Position numbers and translations under genes: made by a program
Assembly (NCBI RefSeq): GCF_000315625.1
Contig: NW_005434671.1
Location: 348,590-412,589 of the forward strand
Direction of reading: 5' to 3'
Origin: Guillardia theta CCMP2712
Lineage: Eukaryota > Protista > Cryptophyta
Length of the DNA: 64,000 nt
The notes under the pieces: generated by a model
What the model was told of the DNA's origin: nothing
The model's input: the letters and a program-made list of their open reading frames with translations, nothing else
Databases searched by the model: none
Shown here: piece after piece, positions 1 to 12,566 of the stretch
Layout: every line of letters begins with the position of its first letter
How positions within the stretch are numbered: the first letter of the stretch is position 1

Positions 1-113
1 CACTGACTGGTCGGGGCAGAGCAGCGCAGCAGGAACGAGTAGCGGGAGGGGAGGGAGAGGCCCCGAGAGATCACGTGCTCGAGATCAGCTCGCAGATTTT
101 TCTTCCCCCGCAG

Positions 114-248
114 GCCGAGGAGGTGGAGGGTCTGGCGGGTGCGCCAGGGACGGAGGTCAGCTCAGACGTACAGCCGGAGGAAGTGAAGCAGGGGGAGGAG
201 GAAGCAACTATCCTGCCGGGGGGCGTGAAGGACAGTGCCGCACCTTGA
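114..248 (+). CDS. Probable terminal exon of a gene starting upstream of the window (AEEVEGLAGAPG...DSAAP*)
   Basis: Pyrimidine tract plus CAG acceptor at 111-113, then a 45-codon open frame ending in TGA at 246-248, then an AT-rich 3' region. Confidence 0.5.
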   Translation, partial: AEEVEGLAGAPGTEVSSDVQPEEVKQGEEEATILPGGVKDSAAP

Positions 249-701
249 GAATTATGAAACTTCGGTAACTGTTAAATTGAGTGATCAAGAAAGTTTTGAA
301 TAAACTCAAAAATATCAAAAACCGTGACAAGGGGAATGTAGTTGACTCTCCATCTCGATCTCCGCGTCTACTCACGAGTCAGACTAGGCTTGACTATCAT
401 TATCAGGCTGGGACAGAAACCGTTCAGTGAACGCCCATCCGACCGGCAGACTCCGGTTGGCCTGCCCCCCTGCTGCTCCTCGGGGCCCGGGCACAGTGAC
501 ACGACTGAAAGACCAGCCAGGCTGACTCAGTGACACACGAGGCTTGGAGCAGCCTGCAGCGGCATGCGACACGACCGTCGGACACTGACGGTGCCGGTCC
601 GATCGCGTGCCATCGGACTCTCAGTCACAGTCAAAATGACTCGGAAGGGGAATATTACATCTGTAACTGCTCTGTAACGGATTCGGAAGTCGAAGGGCCC
701 A

Positions 702-3700
702 ATGGCAGTGAGCGAGAAGTCGGAAGCGATGAGGAGCAAGGCGAGCGATCAGGTGGATATGGCGAGAGTCATCGCGATGAGGAGGATAAGTGAATGAACA
801 TATGCTCAAACAATCTTCAGTTGCATTAGGCGTCATGCCGTCGCAGCTTTTCAAGTTCACATGTAGCGTATCTTTTTGAATTGTACACAAGGATTGGGTT
901 CGCTGGGCGTAGAGTCTGATCAGGCTTGTACATATTACCATCAGCACAGGAGATCGCGGGTCTGTTTGCTTCTAGAATCAAATTGTGCCCCTCGCTGTGA
1001 AGAAAGCATAATGAAAAAGACAGTCAGATCGAAAAGCACCAGGGCCTCCAGGCGTCCAAGCATCTGGCATGGCGGCCTGAGACCTCAGAGATGGTTCACG
1101 TTAAGTGACGAGGATGCATCTATCAGGCACAAGTCTCTCTTAGAGACAGCGAATGTATGAACCTTGCTGGGATATCTAAAAGTTGGTAACTGACCATCAT
1201 CTGGGTTTTCAGGTCGTGAAGCGAGTGTATGAGCAAGGATTGAGTTCAGCTCTGCAGGCAGCAAGCATGCTGAACTTCAACGGGTGCTCGATGGACTCGA
1301 TGTTTGAGTGTGTCTTCAAGCTCGTCATCACCACCTCGGGGCTTCGCTTTGATCGAGAAGTGCAAGACGCGTTGATCGCGTCGATAGCCAAAGACCTGAG
1401 CTCATCAACCCATGGCGCGACGCATGAGGGGCCGCAACCCCCCGTCGATGTCCTGCCTGCTGATGTACAGGTCTTCTCGGTAGAAGAGAAACTTCACCAC
1501 GACGATCGTCACTCGTCTAGGATATGCGCGTCTGTGAGCATTGTGGCGTTCTGCAAGGAAGATGCCCTGGGGATTCAAACTCGATTACAGGCGATGCTGA
1601 TAAAGCATCAAGATCGTTGGGTTTGGTTGTCTTTGAAATCTACATTCGAGGAGCTTTTCTTTGCTGTCGAAGACATGGGTCAAGGAACATCTTTGACGGA
1701 AGTGGAGGTGTCAGGCCTGCCTGTGTTGGAGGAGATGGCAACGCCAGTGGTGAAGAGAGCATGCGCGCATGCCGACCTCAACCTTGTGGATCCTTGTGAA
1801 GATGCGCAGCAGGAGAGGACCGTACTACTCGTTGGGGGAAGAAACCCTTGCAAGAATGACTTGTTCAAGTGGCTTGCTGGGATGAACCCGTCGGACTCGT
1901 TCCTCCATGACCAACTCAACAGCGACCACAAGTTCACCATTGCCTGCGAGTCAACGGACCCGCTCCTGTTTCGAGCTCCCAAGATCGCGCATGCGATCAC
2001 AAAATTTCATGCTGAGTGCAAGGCGCTCGAGGTGGCGCACCTGGACAACCTCATTGCAATGATAGCAGACAAGGTCAAGGTCGGGGGGTATCAATCGACC
2101 ATGCGAGCAGCTGAGTTCATCAAACTCGTCACGACCGTGGGATTCGGAGAAGATGCCCTTGTTGACGGGGTCTTGACGTCTGAAGAAGAGCAGTTTCTTG
2201 TCAAGACTCTTGCGCTGAACGACGACGAGCAGCTCTTGCTCTGTGAGATCGAAGATTGCCTCCTGACCTTGCGGACACAACTCGCTGATACGTCGAGCGA
2301 GATGTCAGGGAAAGGAGGAGGAGGAGGAGGGGCGAGAGGAGGACACGCGCAGTCCTCAGTCTTTGGTGAGCATGAGGAGCTGGATATCGACAGGCTGAAC
2401 ATGCAGGCAAAGAAGATCGAAGAGGACATGAAGAGAGATCAGAAGAAGGTCAAGGACAAGGAGGCAGAGGTGAAGGCGCGACAGGCGGCGGAGAAACTGA
2501 AGAAGAAGTACTTGGCGATGGCGAGCGCCGCTGCAGAGAAGCTCAATGCTGCTCAGGCGACCATGAAGGCGAATCAGGAGATTCTAGAGGCAAAGAATGC
2601 AAACGACAAGGCTGTGAAGAAAGCTCAAAGCAACCTGATCACCGTCGAGAAGACCATCGCGATGGCTAAGAAGCAACTTGCCGAGGCCAACAAGCAGCAT
2701 GATGCTGTTGTATCTGCTATGAACGCCATGAGTGAATTCCGGGCGTTGGGAGGAGGAGAAGGTAAGAGGTATGAGAGCGAAAAGCAGGTGGTAGACGAAA
2801 TCCATTGGATGCTGCGCTCGGGCATCCTCGATAGCCTCTCCTCTTGCTTCAAGGATGCCCAATCGGAGGAAGGGACGAGACTCTCCATCCGGCACTGCGT
2901 GGAGGCGATGAGAAAGGCGTTCGAGGATCGCGGAGTTTCGATCCCCTCCTACTGGCTAGGGAGGATGCTGGCGAGCTTTGACTGGGAAGGCGACGGATTT
3001 CTGGACAAGGCCGAGCTCCTGGAACACTTCGATACCAGCGACTTTGCGTCGAGGAGGAGGAGGGTTGCGTCTCTGTGCGGGCTGCCCTGCATGGCGATGT
3101 ACAACGGAGGAGGAAGAGTGTTCATGCTCAGCCCCGAGGAGAGCAAGATCTGGAGGGCAAACCCGCAGCAGGATGCAACGGCGGCAAATCAGTTGTACGA
3201 GGCGACCATAGTGAAGGAGTTTGCAAACAACAAGATCGGCGTCAAATTCTCCCACCGCAGGGAGTCACCTGCGCCAGCGCAGGCAGTGCAGGAGCGAATC
3301 CTTTACAAGCAGTTCAGCGACTTTCCCGGCGAAGATTTCTTCCTACTGCAGACCTGCCGCCCGGAGGAAGTGATGCTGCGCACGGTGAAGAGAGGAGCCA
3401 ACGCCCTCATGCTCCTGACGCACTCGGAGCTGCACAGCAAGCAGACGGAGCTGGTGAGCATGCTGCAGCGGGAGCTTGTGAAGAAGACTCTGCTGTCGGG
3501 GAGGAAGGAGAACGACGTGCTCAGCATGCAGATCCTCGAGGCCCTGGCGACAGCAGACAGGGAGAAGATTGTGTCGAGCATGCTGACGTTCTGGAACGTC
3601 AACTGCAGGGGGAGCAGCGTTGGTGGGGCAGCCGGCGACGAGAGGAGGGTGAAGGAGGTGGAGGAGAGGAAGAAGATGATCGCTTCTCTCACCGAGGGCA

Positions 3701-6202
3701 GCGACGAAGCGCTCAAGTCCATCCTCCAGACGAGCTCGCAAGTCCCTCTGACCCGCTTCATGGCTGGCAGCGTCTGCCTGTCCTTCAACAGCCTCCCTCA
3801 GCACTGTCGCCCGACCCTCGTGCAGGCCCCAGAGCTGATTGCTGGCAGCCAGGTGCGGGAGGACTCGAGCATGGACATCCTGCAGACTATCCGGAACTTC
3901 TTCCCGGACCCGAGCTCGTCCGAGAGCCTGGAGCAGCAGATCAGGAAGAAATTCCAGGAGGCAGACGCTGACCGCTCAGGGACGCTGGAGAAGGAGGAGG
4001 TGAAGACTCTGATAGAGAGGACGGTGAACAGGAGTAAAGAGAGAATCCGCCCGTCGCAGCTCGACATGTTCATCGAGCTCATCGACCAGGACGAGAGCGG
4101 GACCATCGAGATGGAGGAGCTGGTGAACGCTGTCAAACCAAGGGGGGGCGACTGCCCTTACGATCAAGGGGGAATGATGGAGGCCATGGCGGAGAAAGTG
4201 ACGACGATTCTCCTGCTGGTGGACCCGATCCACACGCGGTTCAACTCGTGGGAGAAGGAGGTGTTCAAAAGGATGTGGAGCAAGCACAGGAGCAAGTGCG
4301 TCCTTGCCACGTTCGTCACTGCAGAGCACCAGGAGGCAGTGAAGACGGTCGGAGGGCTGAAGGAGAAGATAGCGGCAACGGCACAGGACCTCGCCAAGTT
4401 CGTCGGAGACGAGGAGGTGGAGGAGGAGGTGAACAGGAACGTGTTCGGGGTGGGAAGCGTCCTGGACCACCATGGCGACGTCTCTTCGTCCCACCTCGAT
4501 CGCTCCAAGTGGAAGTTCTTGAGCAGCGGACTGAACAAGCTGGTCATCCGAACGATGCTGAGGGAGGAGGAGGACGCGCGAGCGATGGTTGAACTCCTTG
4601 CCGGCTCTCTCCGAGTAGTCTCGCTGTGGATCAGGAAAGTCTGCGAGTCGGGAGAGGTGGCGAGTCAGCGGCCGCAGACAGCGAGCAATCAGCTTGCAAG
4701 GGCTGCGCGGCATGTAGAGGAGTGCAGCGAGCACGTTCTCAACAACTGCAAGGTGATGTTGTCTTATGCAAGACTGTCTGCTGTGAAGAGCGTGAGGGTT
4801 TGACTGTGTGCCTGTCGCTGGTGGAACATGTTGAGATGAGAATGTTTAGATGAGACATGCTGTGATGAGAAGTTTGAGATGATATATGTTGAGATGAAAC
4901 ATGTTGAGAAGAGATGTTTGTTCTGTTTGCAGTGAGGAAGTCTCCAAACATCTCCGTGAGATCTTCGCCTGACTTGCACTGGGCAGGAGCTGTTCTCCCG
5001 CATCAAGTACTTCGATTTCTCCGAGGAAGTCCAGCGGCTGCTGCAAGTCAGCAAGAAGGCAAAGAAAGTCTCGTCCCTGCTCCTCAAGAGCCTCCACATC
5101 GACCGCTCCTCCCTGCTGCTGGAGGACGGCGGGCAGGACTGGGTGTCAGTGAGGAAGGCAGTGGAGGACATGGAGATCTTTACGTGGAGGAGCAGAGACT
5201 TTATCGAGGAGTGGGAGCGATCGATCGCAAGCGACCCGCTCGTCCCCCTTGAGACCACCAGGAGGATCGCCCGTCCTGCTCTCCTCGGCGTTCGAAGCTT
5301 TGCCGACCTGGTTGACATGGATCGCTTCAAGCTGCAGGAGCTGCTGCAGGAGCAGGAAGAGCAGGAAGTCACCCTCAGGTTTCCCTTCCTCTTCCATGTC
5401 AATGCTGTCCGGTCCAAGTTCTGGGAGGTGGAGACGTCGCTCTATGCTCGCAACCTCTTCCTCCTCACCCGCGAGCGTTTCCTCTGCCTCGATGACGTCA
5501 AGCTCATGCATGCTGTCTTAGAGGGTAAGTCTCTTCACCCACCTTCCCCTCCCTCCGTCCCCTCCGTCCCCTCCGTCCTCTGTCCCTCCCTCCTAGCCGC
5601 CCCTCTACTGTCCCTCCCTCTTAGCCGCCCCTCTACTGTCCCTCCCTCCTTCCACTCGCCCTCGCGCTTCTTTACGTTCTCGCAGGCTACGTCAAGGTCA
5701 AGTCTCACAGCAAGTCGCTCCTCCTCGATGGTCTCTTCCTCCTCACTGACGGTCTGCGACCCAACCGCAGCCTTCAAATCGTTCCCGTCCGCGAGCAGAC
5801 AATCATTCAGTGAGCCTTTCCTGCAGCAACCTCCTCCTCCTCCTCCTCCTCCTCCTCCTCCTCCTCCTCCTCGTGCCTCCCCCAACCTCCCACCCCTCTC
5901 TCACTCCTGTGCAGGACAAGTGTCGAGAGGAAGCATAAGGAGGTGACGCACTTCTACTTTTCTGACTTGGAGCCAAGCGAGGACGCGAGAGCTTCTGTCC
6001 GCTGCGGCAAGATTGCAGCCAACACGGTATATGATCCCTACCACCCCTCATCTCCCTCCTCATACCTCCCTGTCCTCCACTTCTTACTCCCTTCTATCCT
6101 CCTCCTCCTCCCCCTCCTCACGTTTCATTTCACATCTCCTCCTGCTCTCCTCTACCCTCCTGCTCCTCCTGCTCCCCCTCGTCATCCTCCTGCTCCTCCT
6201 CT

Positions 6203-6257
<55 letters not shown>

Positions 6258-6371
6258 CCTCCTCCTCCTCCTCACTGCTCGCAGGTTGCTGCCATGGTTG
6301 TCTTCCTGCGGCAGGAAATCCTCGAGACTCTCGGATGGATCCCTGACTCTTCAGACTCGGACGAGGCCTGA
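702..6371 (+). CDS. Large multi-exon protein with EF-hands, coiled coil and a degenerate EHD/dynamin-like G domain
   Basis: Core ORF 1183-4803. EF loops DWEGDGFLDKAE (~2980), DADRSGTLEKEE (~3964) and DQDESGTIEMEE (~4084). Lys/Glu/Ala coiled coil at ~2400-2730. GT donor at 4753 and AG at ~4986 continue the frame (ELFSRIKYFDF...LMHAVLEG), with further exons to the TGA at 6371. The 5' exons and start are approximate. Confidence 0.65.
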
Positions 6372-6707
6372 GATCTCGTCCTCCTGCCTCTCCTCTCTCC
6401 TCTCTCCTTGACTTAGCTGGCTCCTCTACCCTCTCCCTCCCTCCTTGAGCCTCTCCTTTGCCTCCTCCCACCTCCTTCATCCTACATGTCAAGCGCGTTC
6501 TTCTCTCCCCTCCCTCTCAACTCACCCACCTTCCCTGTTCTCCCTTTGTTTTCCCGTCTGCTCTCGCTGCACATAAAATTTCCAGCCAATTTAATTCGAT
6601 GCAAATGTCTTGAAATGAAAAATGCACAGAAAAGAAGAGAAACCTTCCACTTCCCATCTTTTCGTTTCTGTTGTTGTGTCCCCTCCCTCCTCTGCTTTCC
6701 TCTCCTC

Positions 6708-9700
6708 TCAGTTCGTCAGCGAGGCCTTCTCTGTAATGCTCTGCACCACAGCCATGAGCTTCTCTCCCACGTCGGCGAAATTCTTTCCAGCCGCTTTGCT
6801 CACTCGCTGCCAGACTTCTCCGTGCCGAGGGTTCGCATCCTTGCATCTGCATCCTCCCAATCAACTTCCACAGCCCCAACCCCCCTCATACCCTCGTCCT
6901 CCCCGCCCTCGCTTCCCTTCCCTTCCCGTCTCCTTCCCCTGCCTCTCTCCCTCTCCTCACCTTCTGATGACTTCTGCTCTCGTTTCGTCTGTTCCATGTT
7001 GCTGCTCCAGCCGAAACCTGCAACAGGAGATGAGAGGGAGGGAGGGAATGGAAGATGGGGAGGAGGAGGAGAAGCCGAGGACACAGGAAGGAAGGCTGGT
7101 CACCAGTGGGCCCAAGCATCGCCGAAGTCTGGGTTTAGAGTGCAGGCACGATTGAACCAAGTGCGAGCCTGAAGGAAGGAAGGAGGAGGAGGAGGAAGGA
7201 GGAGGAGGAGGAGGAGGAGGAGGGACTGTTTAGTACTCAGTAACCTTGAATGAGGAGCTTCACCTTTTCGAGCTTTCTATCGGCATGGAAGAGACGAGCG
7301 ATGGTACAGATGACGAACGTGTCGTTCTCGCAGTGTTTGATGGCATCCACACTGAAGGCTCCACATCAGCCTCTTCCTCCTCCTCTTTCCTCCCCTTCCT
7401 CCCTCCCCTCCCCCTTCCTCCTCCTCCTCCTCCTCCCCATTCCTCCTCCTCCTCCCACTTCCTCCTCCCTACTCCTCCTCCTCTTCACCTCTTCGCCTTC
7501 CTCTGCTGTCGAGGTTCCATGAGGATAGCTTCTGACCACAAGATTCCACTGTTGGGACATTCCTACCCACCCGTCACAGATCATCACTACCCCCTTCCCC
7601 TCCATTTCCTTCTCTTCTCTCGCTTCTACCAGCATCCCCCCGCAACCCCCGACCCCCCTCAATTTTCCTTTTCCCCTTCTGTCCGCTCCTCTCCCAAGCA
7701 CCTCCTTCCCATCTTGTTCCTACCTGAAGAGCTTGCGCAAGACGGGTCGCTGCCAACTTTCTGTTGTCTGGCAGCGCTGCTTCCATGCGAATAGTTTCGA
7801 GCCAGAGGTGCTGATCCTGCTCCCAGATAAGGAGGAGGAGGAGGAGGAGGAGGAGGAGGAGGAGGAGGAGGAGGATATCAGACCTTGGGGTTCTTGAGCC
7901 TTGCCTTTTCCAACAACGATCTTGCTTTCGTGAGCTGTTCATCCGAATGGTTAGCATCTGGTCTTACCTAACCCCCCCTTGTCGCAGCGACTCTCTCCCC
8001 TTCTCACCTGGTTGGAATCTCGCTCGAAGTGAACGGCGACGATCCACAGCGCGACGCTGCTGGGGCACTTGCTGGTTCCTTGCAGATAAGCATCGCGAGC
8101 CTCGTCCGGCAGGCCCATCGATTGCTTGATCTGAGAAGAGACGTCAATGCTCGAACTCAGAGGAGAGGTGGAGGAGGGAGGGAGAGAGGAGGAGATCAGT
8201 GAAGAGGAGGAGGTCCAACTTGTATCAGGATCATCCACAGCTTGGCAAACGTCGGGTACTTCTCGAGGGCCTGCGTGAGAAGTTCGCATGCGGCCTCCAT
8301 GTTGCCCTGGTCTCTCTCCAGCATAACGCTCTTCATCCACACTCGCTCCGTTCCGGCTTGCATCCTCGCTTTCTCCAGCAGGGTCCGGGCACGCTGGTGG
8401 CATCACGTCAGGTCCCGACATCCACGGCCTCCTCCTCCTCCTCCTCCTTGTCTTCCTCTACCGCCGCCGCCGCTATCACCACCACCTCATCCTCCTCATC
8501 CTCTTCCACCACCACCGCCATCACCTCCTCCTCCTCCTCCTCCCACCTGGATCTCGTTGTTGTCGTTCTCAAGCTTCACCGCAGCGAGCCAGATCTCTTC
8601 GTTGTCGGGGTTGATCTTGAAAGCCTCGCCGAGGATGACGCGCGCGCCTGCACATCCCGTTAGTCCTGGCAGAGCCATCAAGCTCTCCCTTGCCGTCCAA
8701 GTCGCCGTTGACCCATTTCTCCTTGGCACCCATCAACCAAAGCGGCCAGGCCTTGGGGCAGAAGGTTGTCGCCTGCTCCAGCATTCAGCCAGCACCGCAG
8801 CACCGCAAACTGGGAGTGCCTTCTTGAGCAGCTGGTCCAGCGCTTCGGGGGTTCCATGCTTCTTCTCCAAGTTGGCTGCTGCCATCCATATCTGAGCAAA
8901 AAGAGCGTGAGCGAGCACCTGCTGATGGAGGAGAGAGGGATAGGTCCAAAAGGGAGAAGAAACTATGTTGAGAAGAGAAGCGGAAGGAGGGATGGGGAAG
9001 GAGGAGGAAGAGGAGGAGACCTTCTTCTTGGTGTTGAAATACTGCAGGAGGCTAGAGTATAGGGTTCTAGCGCAGTGAACCGCTCCTCGCTCCAGGAGGG
9101 CTTCAGCCTCCGCCTCCCACACTCGCCTCCTCTCATGAGGCAACACGTTCACGTCCGCGCTGACTTTGATGAGACCCTCGGCAACCACCTGAAGGCATCG
9201 CGACGTCAGGGAAAGGGAGGCCGCCATGGTCGCTTACCGGGTATCCCCCTTTCTCCGCCTTCTCCGCCTCTTGCTGCCAGAAGTCTCTGTCATCTGACAC
9301 CTGAAGCGCATGTCAGCCTCGAGCTCTCGCGCTCCCTCGTCCTCTGCACCTTCAGCTTCATGTCTGCAAACTGCCTCATCGCGCGCTCAAGAATCTTGGG
9401 AACGTTCTGAAGAGGAAGGTCGCATGAGGAGAGTCAATATTCTGCTCAGGAAATCAATGGAACGAGCAAGACCTGCCCATTTCCGTTGGCCTCCTCAAGC
9501 TTTGCTGCAGTGAACCAGATCTGCGGTTCCGAGGGGACCTTCTTGCGCGCATTGTTCAACACCTTCCTTGCCTGTGATCTGCTGTCAGAAAAGGACACTT
9601 TTCATGCATCAGCATCATCGTTCTTGTCATCACCTCCTGATACTCTTCCAGCCTTGCCAGGGCCAACCACAAGTCCACACTTAGCGGGCAGCAACCGTCC

Positions 9701-12279
9701 TCGACTGCCCTTGTCAACAGGACTCGTGCTGCATCCTGCGCATGGACCATCGTCAGACAGCAGCTGGAGCTGATGTTCAACTTTCCTTGTCCTCCAACTC
9801 TACAGCAGCTTTCCACAACCTCTCCGAATCTGGAATCAATTCCAACGCTCTTCGCAGAACTCTCCTCTGACGATTCCGTCATTCTGGAAGCACTATCAAA
9901 TGAAGCTCCTTGCCTTTCCCTTCGCCTCTTGCTCGAGTTCGGCTGCTCGCATCCACAATGAGACCTGAAGAGTAAGCAATCAGTGTAAGGAGGTTAGTAG
10001 AGCGAGATACCTTAGTCGGCAGATGATGAACTGCTTGAGCAATGATTTTCTTTGCCTGAAGTGCGAAAGGTCAAACAAGATACATGAGCAACTTTGATGA
10101 GCAGACTTGTTCTGGAGGATGAATGCTTGCCGCTTCCAACCAGATATCTTCATTCAAGGGAACCGCCTCGCATCCCTGTGGGACTTGTCAACAACTCAAT
10201 CCAGACGGCCATAGGAGGCATTACCTGCATAATCAAGTTTCTTGCTTGAGAAACCTTTCCTGCGATGACCTGGTGGTTGCAAAGTGAGGCTAAGATCACT
10301 CGTAGGCAATTCTCTTACTTCCAATCGAGAAGCTGCGATCCAAGCTGGAGCATGCTTTGGATTGGATGTGATGGCAGACTTGAGCAGAAGCCTTGCTTGC
10401 TTGATGTCAGCTACGTCCGCAGCCTATACGAAATCAGTAAACATCGAGATTTCAAAACATGGTGAACCTGATTGCGGATCTGAGAATTGAGATCCGTCAA
10501 GTATCCCTTGGGATCAACAACAGTCTGTCCCGACACAGAGTCCGAAACTCTTCGCATGGATATCAGGAGAATATTGCTTTCAGTCAGACGTCACCTGTCC
10601 AACTTCAATTGCAGGTATGTATTACGACCCTCTCCGACTTTGTTCAAATCCGTGAACTGCGATTGTGTGCCTGCCCCATCAAACCGCCGTTATTGACTAC
10701 TCCCGATAAAGTAGAAAGGTGATGAGTCAGCGTCACCTGATACTGTAGTGATCCCTCCAAGTACTTGCTGTCTTGTATCGAGTTCATTGTGGCTTCCTGC
10801 TTGCTCTGCCTGTGCTTGCGCTAGCAATGAATCAGGCGCTGGCATGAATCTGCCTCATAGTCAAGGTTTGCTGACAATGAGACCAATATCAACCTGTCCT
10901 TCATGGTATCGACTCTCCTCTTCTTGTGTGAAATATCGTTGGCATCAGGAATGGAAACCCAGTCTTCTCTAGAAAGAGATTGCAGATCTGAAGATATATC
11001 CAGTATCAGGACCCTTCTTCAACTTTACACCAAGGCAATATTGCAGGTTGCATCCATTCAGACATGTCTGTTGCGGTCAATTTCTCCACATCTTGTATCG
11101 CGCATGTCACCAACATCTCAAAGCTCAATTCAATCCAATCCGATCATGGATAGCATCGAAGAGCTTCAAAAGACATGGTCCCTTGCCGATACAAAATACG
11201 AATACTCAATCCCTTATCTGCTCTTGTGACATCATTCGGACAAGGGGCACAGATTCTCTTGAGAAACAGGAGAACTATCCATCGATGCTCACCTCGCTTG
11301 ATGTCTGCAAACTGGGAATGGAGGGTTGGAAGCTTTGCACGATATTTCCTGAGCTCTTCTTTTTCACGAGCTTCTCTCCTCTCCTTTCTACGTCTGAGTA
11401 CGTGATGACTTAATACCAGCTCTTGTGCAGTCACAGCAAACAAACCCATCCATCCTTTGGTCCACTGCGTCCCAGACTGCATCGGCTTCTTGATCGTCCT
11501 GGCAGGCAGATCCGTCATCCATAAGAGCATGGCACCCAGGAATTGAGATGCAAAGCACGACAACTCCCGGAAAGATGAAGTAGAGCATCGGCAAGCGAAG
11601 AGGAGGGAGCAACGAAGGCAAGCAAGGAAAGACGAGGAGCAAGAGAAGCAATGCATGCCACAGGTGAGAGCAAACGCAGTAAACAACAACAAGAAAAATG
11701 CGCGCGAAGAGCAATCACCTGTTCGTACGGGGTGTCGCTGAAAAGAGCGCCCCCGTATCCATAGAATTCGTTGTAGTTTGAATCTCCAAGATCCTCCTCC
11801 TTCTCGCCTGCTACGTCATCCTTGCCACCGAATCCTGCAGTTCCACGACCAGCTCCAGGAACGTAGCCCTACACGATCATAAGTCTCCAGGGCCGACCAG
11901 GAGAACCCATCTCTTCACCTCAGGTGCCTGCCCGAAACTAACGACGTTTCTTTGCTGCTGGGCTGTGGCTGCCTGATCTTGCTCAGGCGCAGAGTATCGA
12001 GCAGGACCGATATCGGATCGGGTAGTGAAGCCGGTGGCACCACGACCAAGACCTGCACACACATCAGACAACTAGCTACCGAGAGCCCCGCTGCTGAGCA
12101 GGTGCAAACAAGCACGGGAGCTACATCGTGTGTCCTCGGGTCCTCCCTTGCTGCAATCGAAGCAGGAGGAGGGCACCGAGGCACCTCACAAGCGTCTGCT
12201 GCCTCTGCATACCTGGCACGTAGTTCGTGGGCACTCCCGCCCTCGTCAGCGCCATGCGCTTCGCCTGCAGGGACGACAT
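6708..12279 (-). CDS. PRP6: Pre-mRNA splicing factor PRP6 (U5-102K, HAT/TPR repeats), many introns
   Basis: N-terminus ...NYVPG|[67 protein letters not shown]-terminal [20 protein letters not shown] and [12 protein letters not shown]. Stop at 6708-6710. Confidence 0.96.
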
Positions 12280-12566
12280 TCTAGCTCGCGCGCTGCTTGC
12301 AGAAGCACATCCACATCCCCGCTCATACCGATCATGAGACCGACCCCCCACGGGGGTGGAACTGCTATATTCGATCTGACAGACGGGCCAACCCCTAGTG
12401 TGGGAATTAACTGGTACAAATATTTAGTTAAATACCCCCCCCTCCTTTCCTCATCGCGCCTCCATGCAGAGCGTTCGGGGCACTATGGCGGGGGATTTAG
12501 GGGGTGCTGCATGCCATGGCAGGGTGTCACGAGAAAATTCAAATCAAATTTTTGGCGGGCAAAGCT

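Noticed and set aside
5530-9020. Poly-Pro/Leu/Glu/Arg ORFs and other overlapping shadow ORFs
   Set aside because: They derive from intronic (CCT)n/(GGA)n microsatellites or from the antisense frames of real GC-rich exons.
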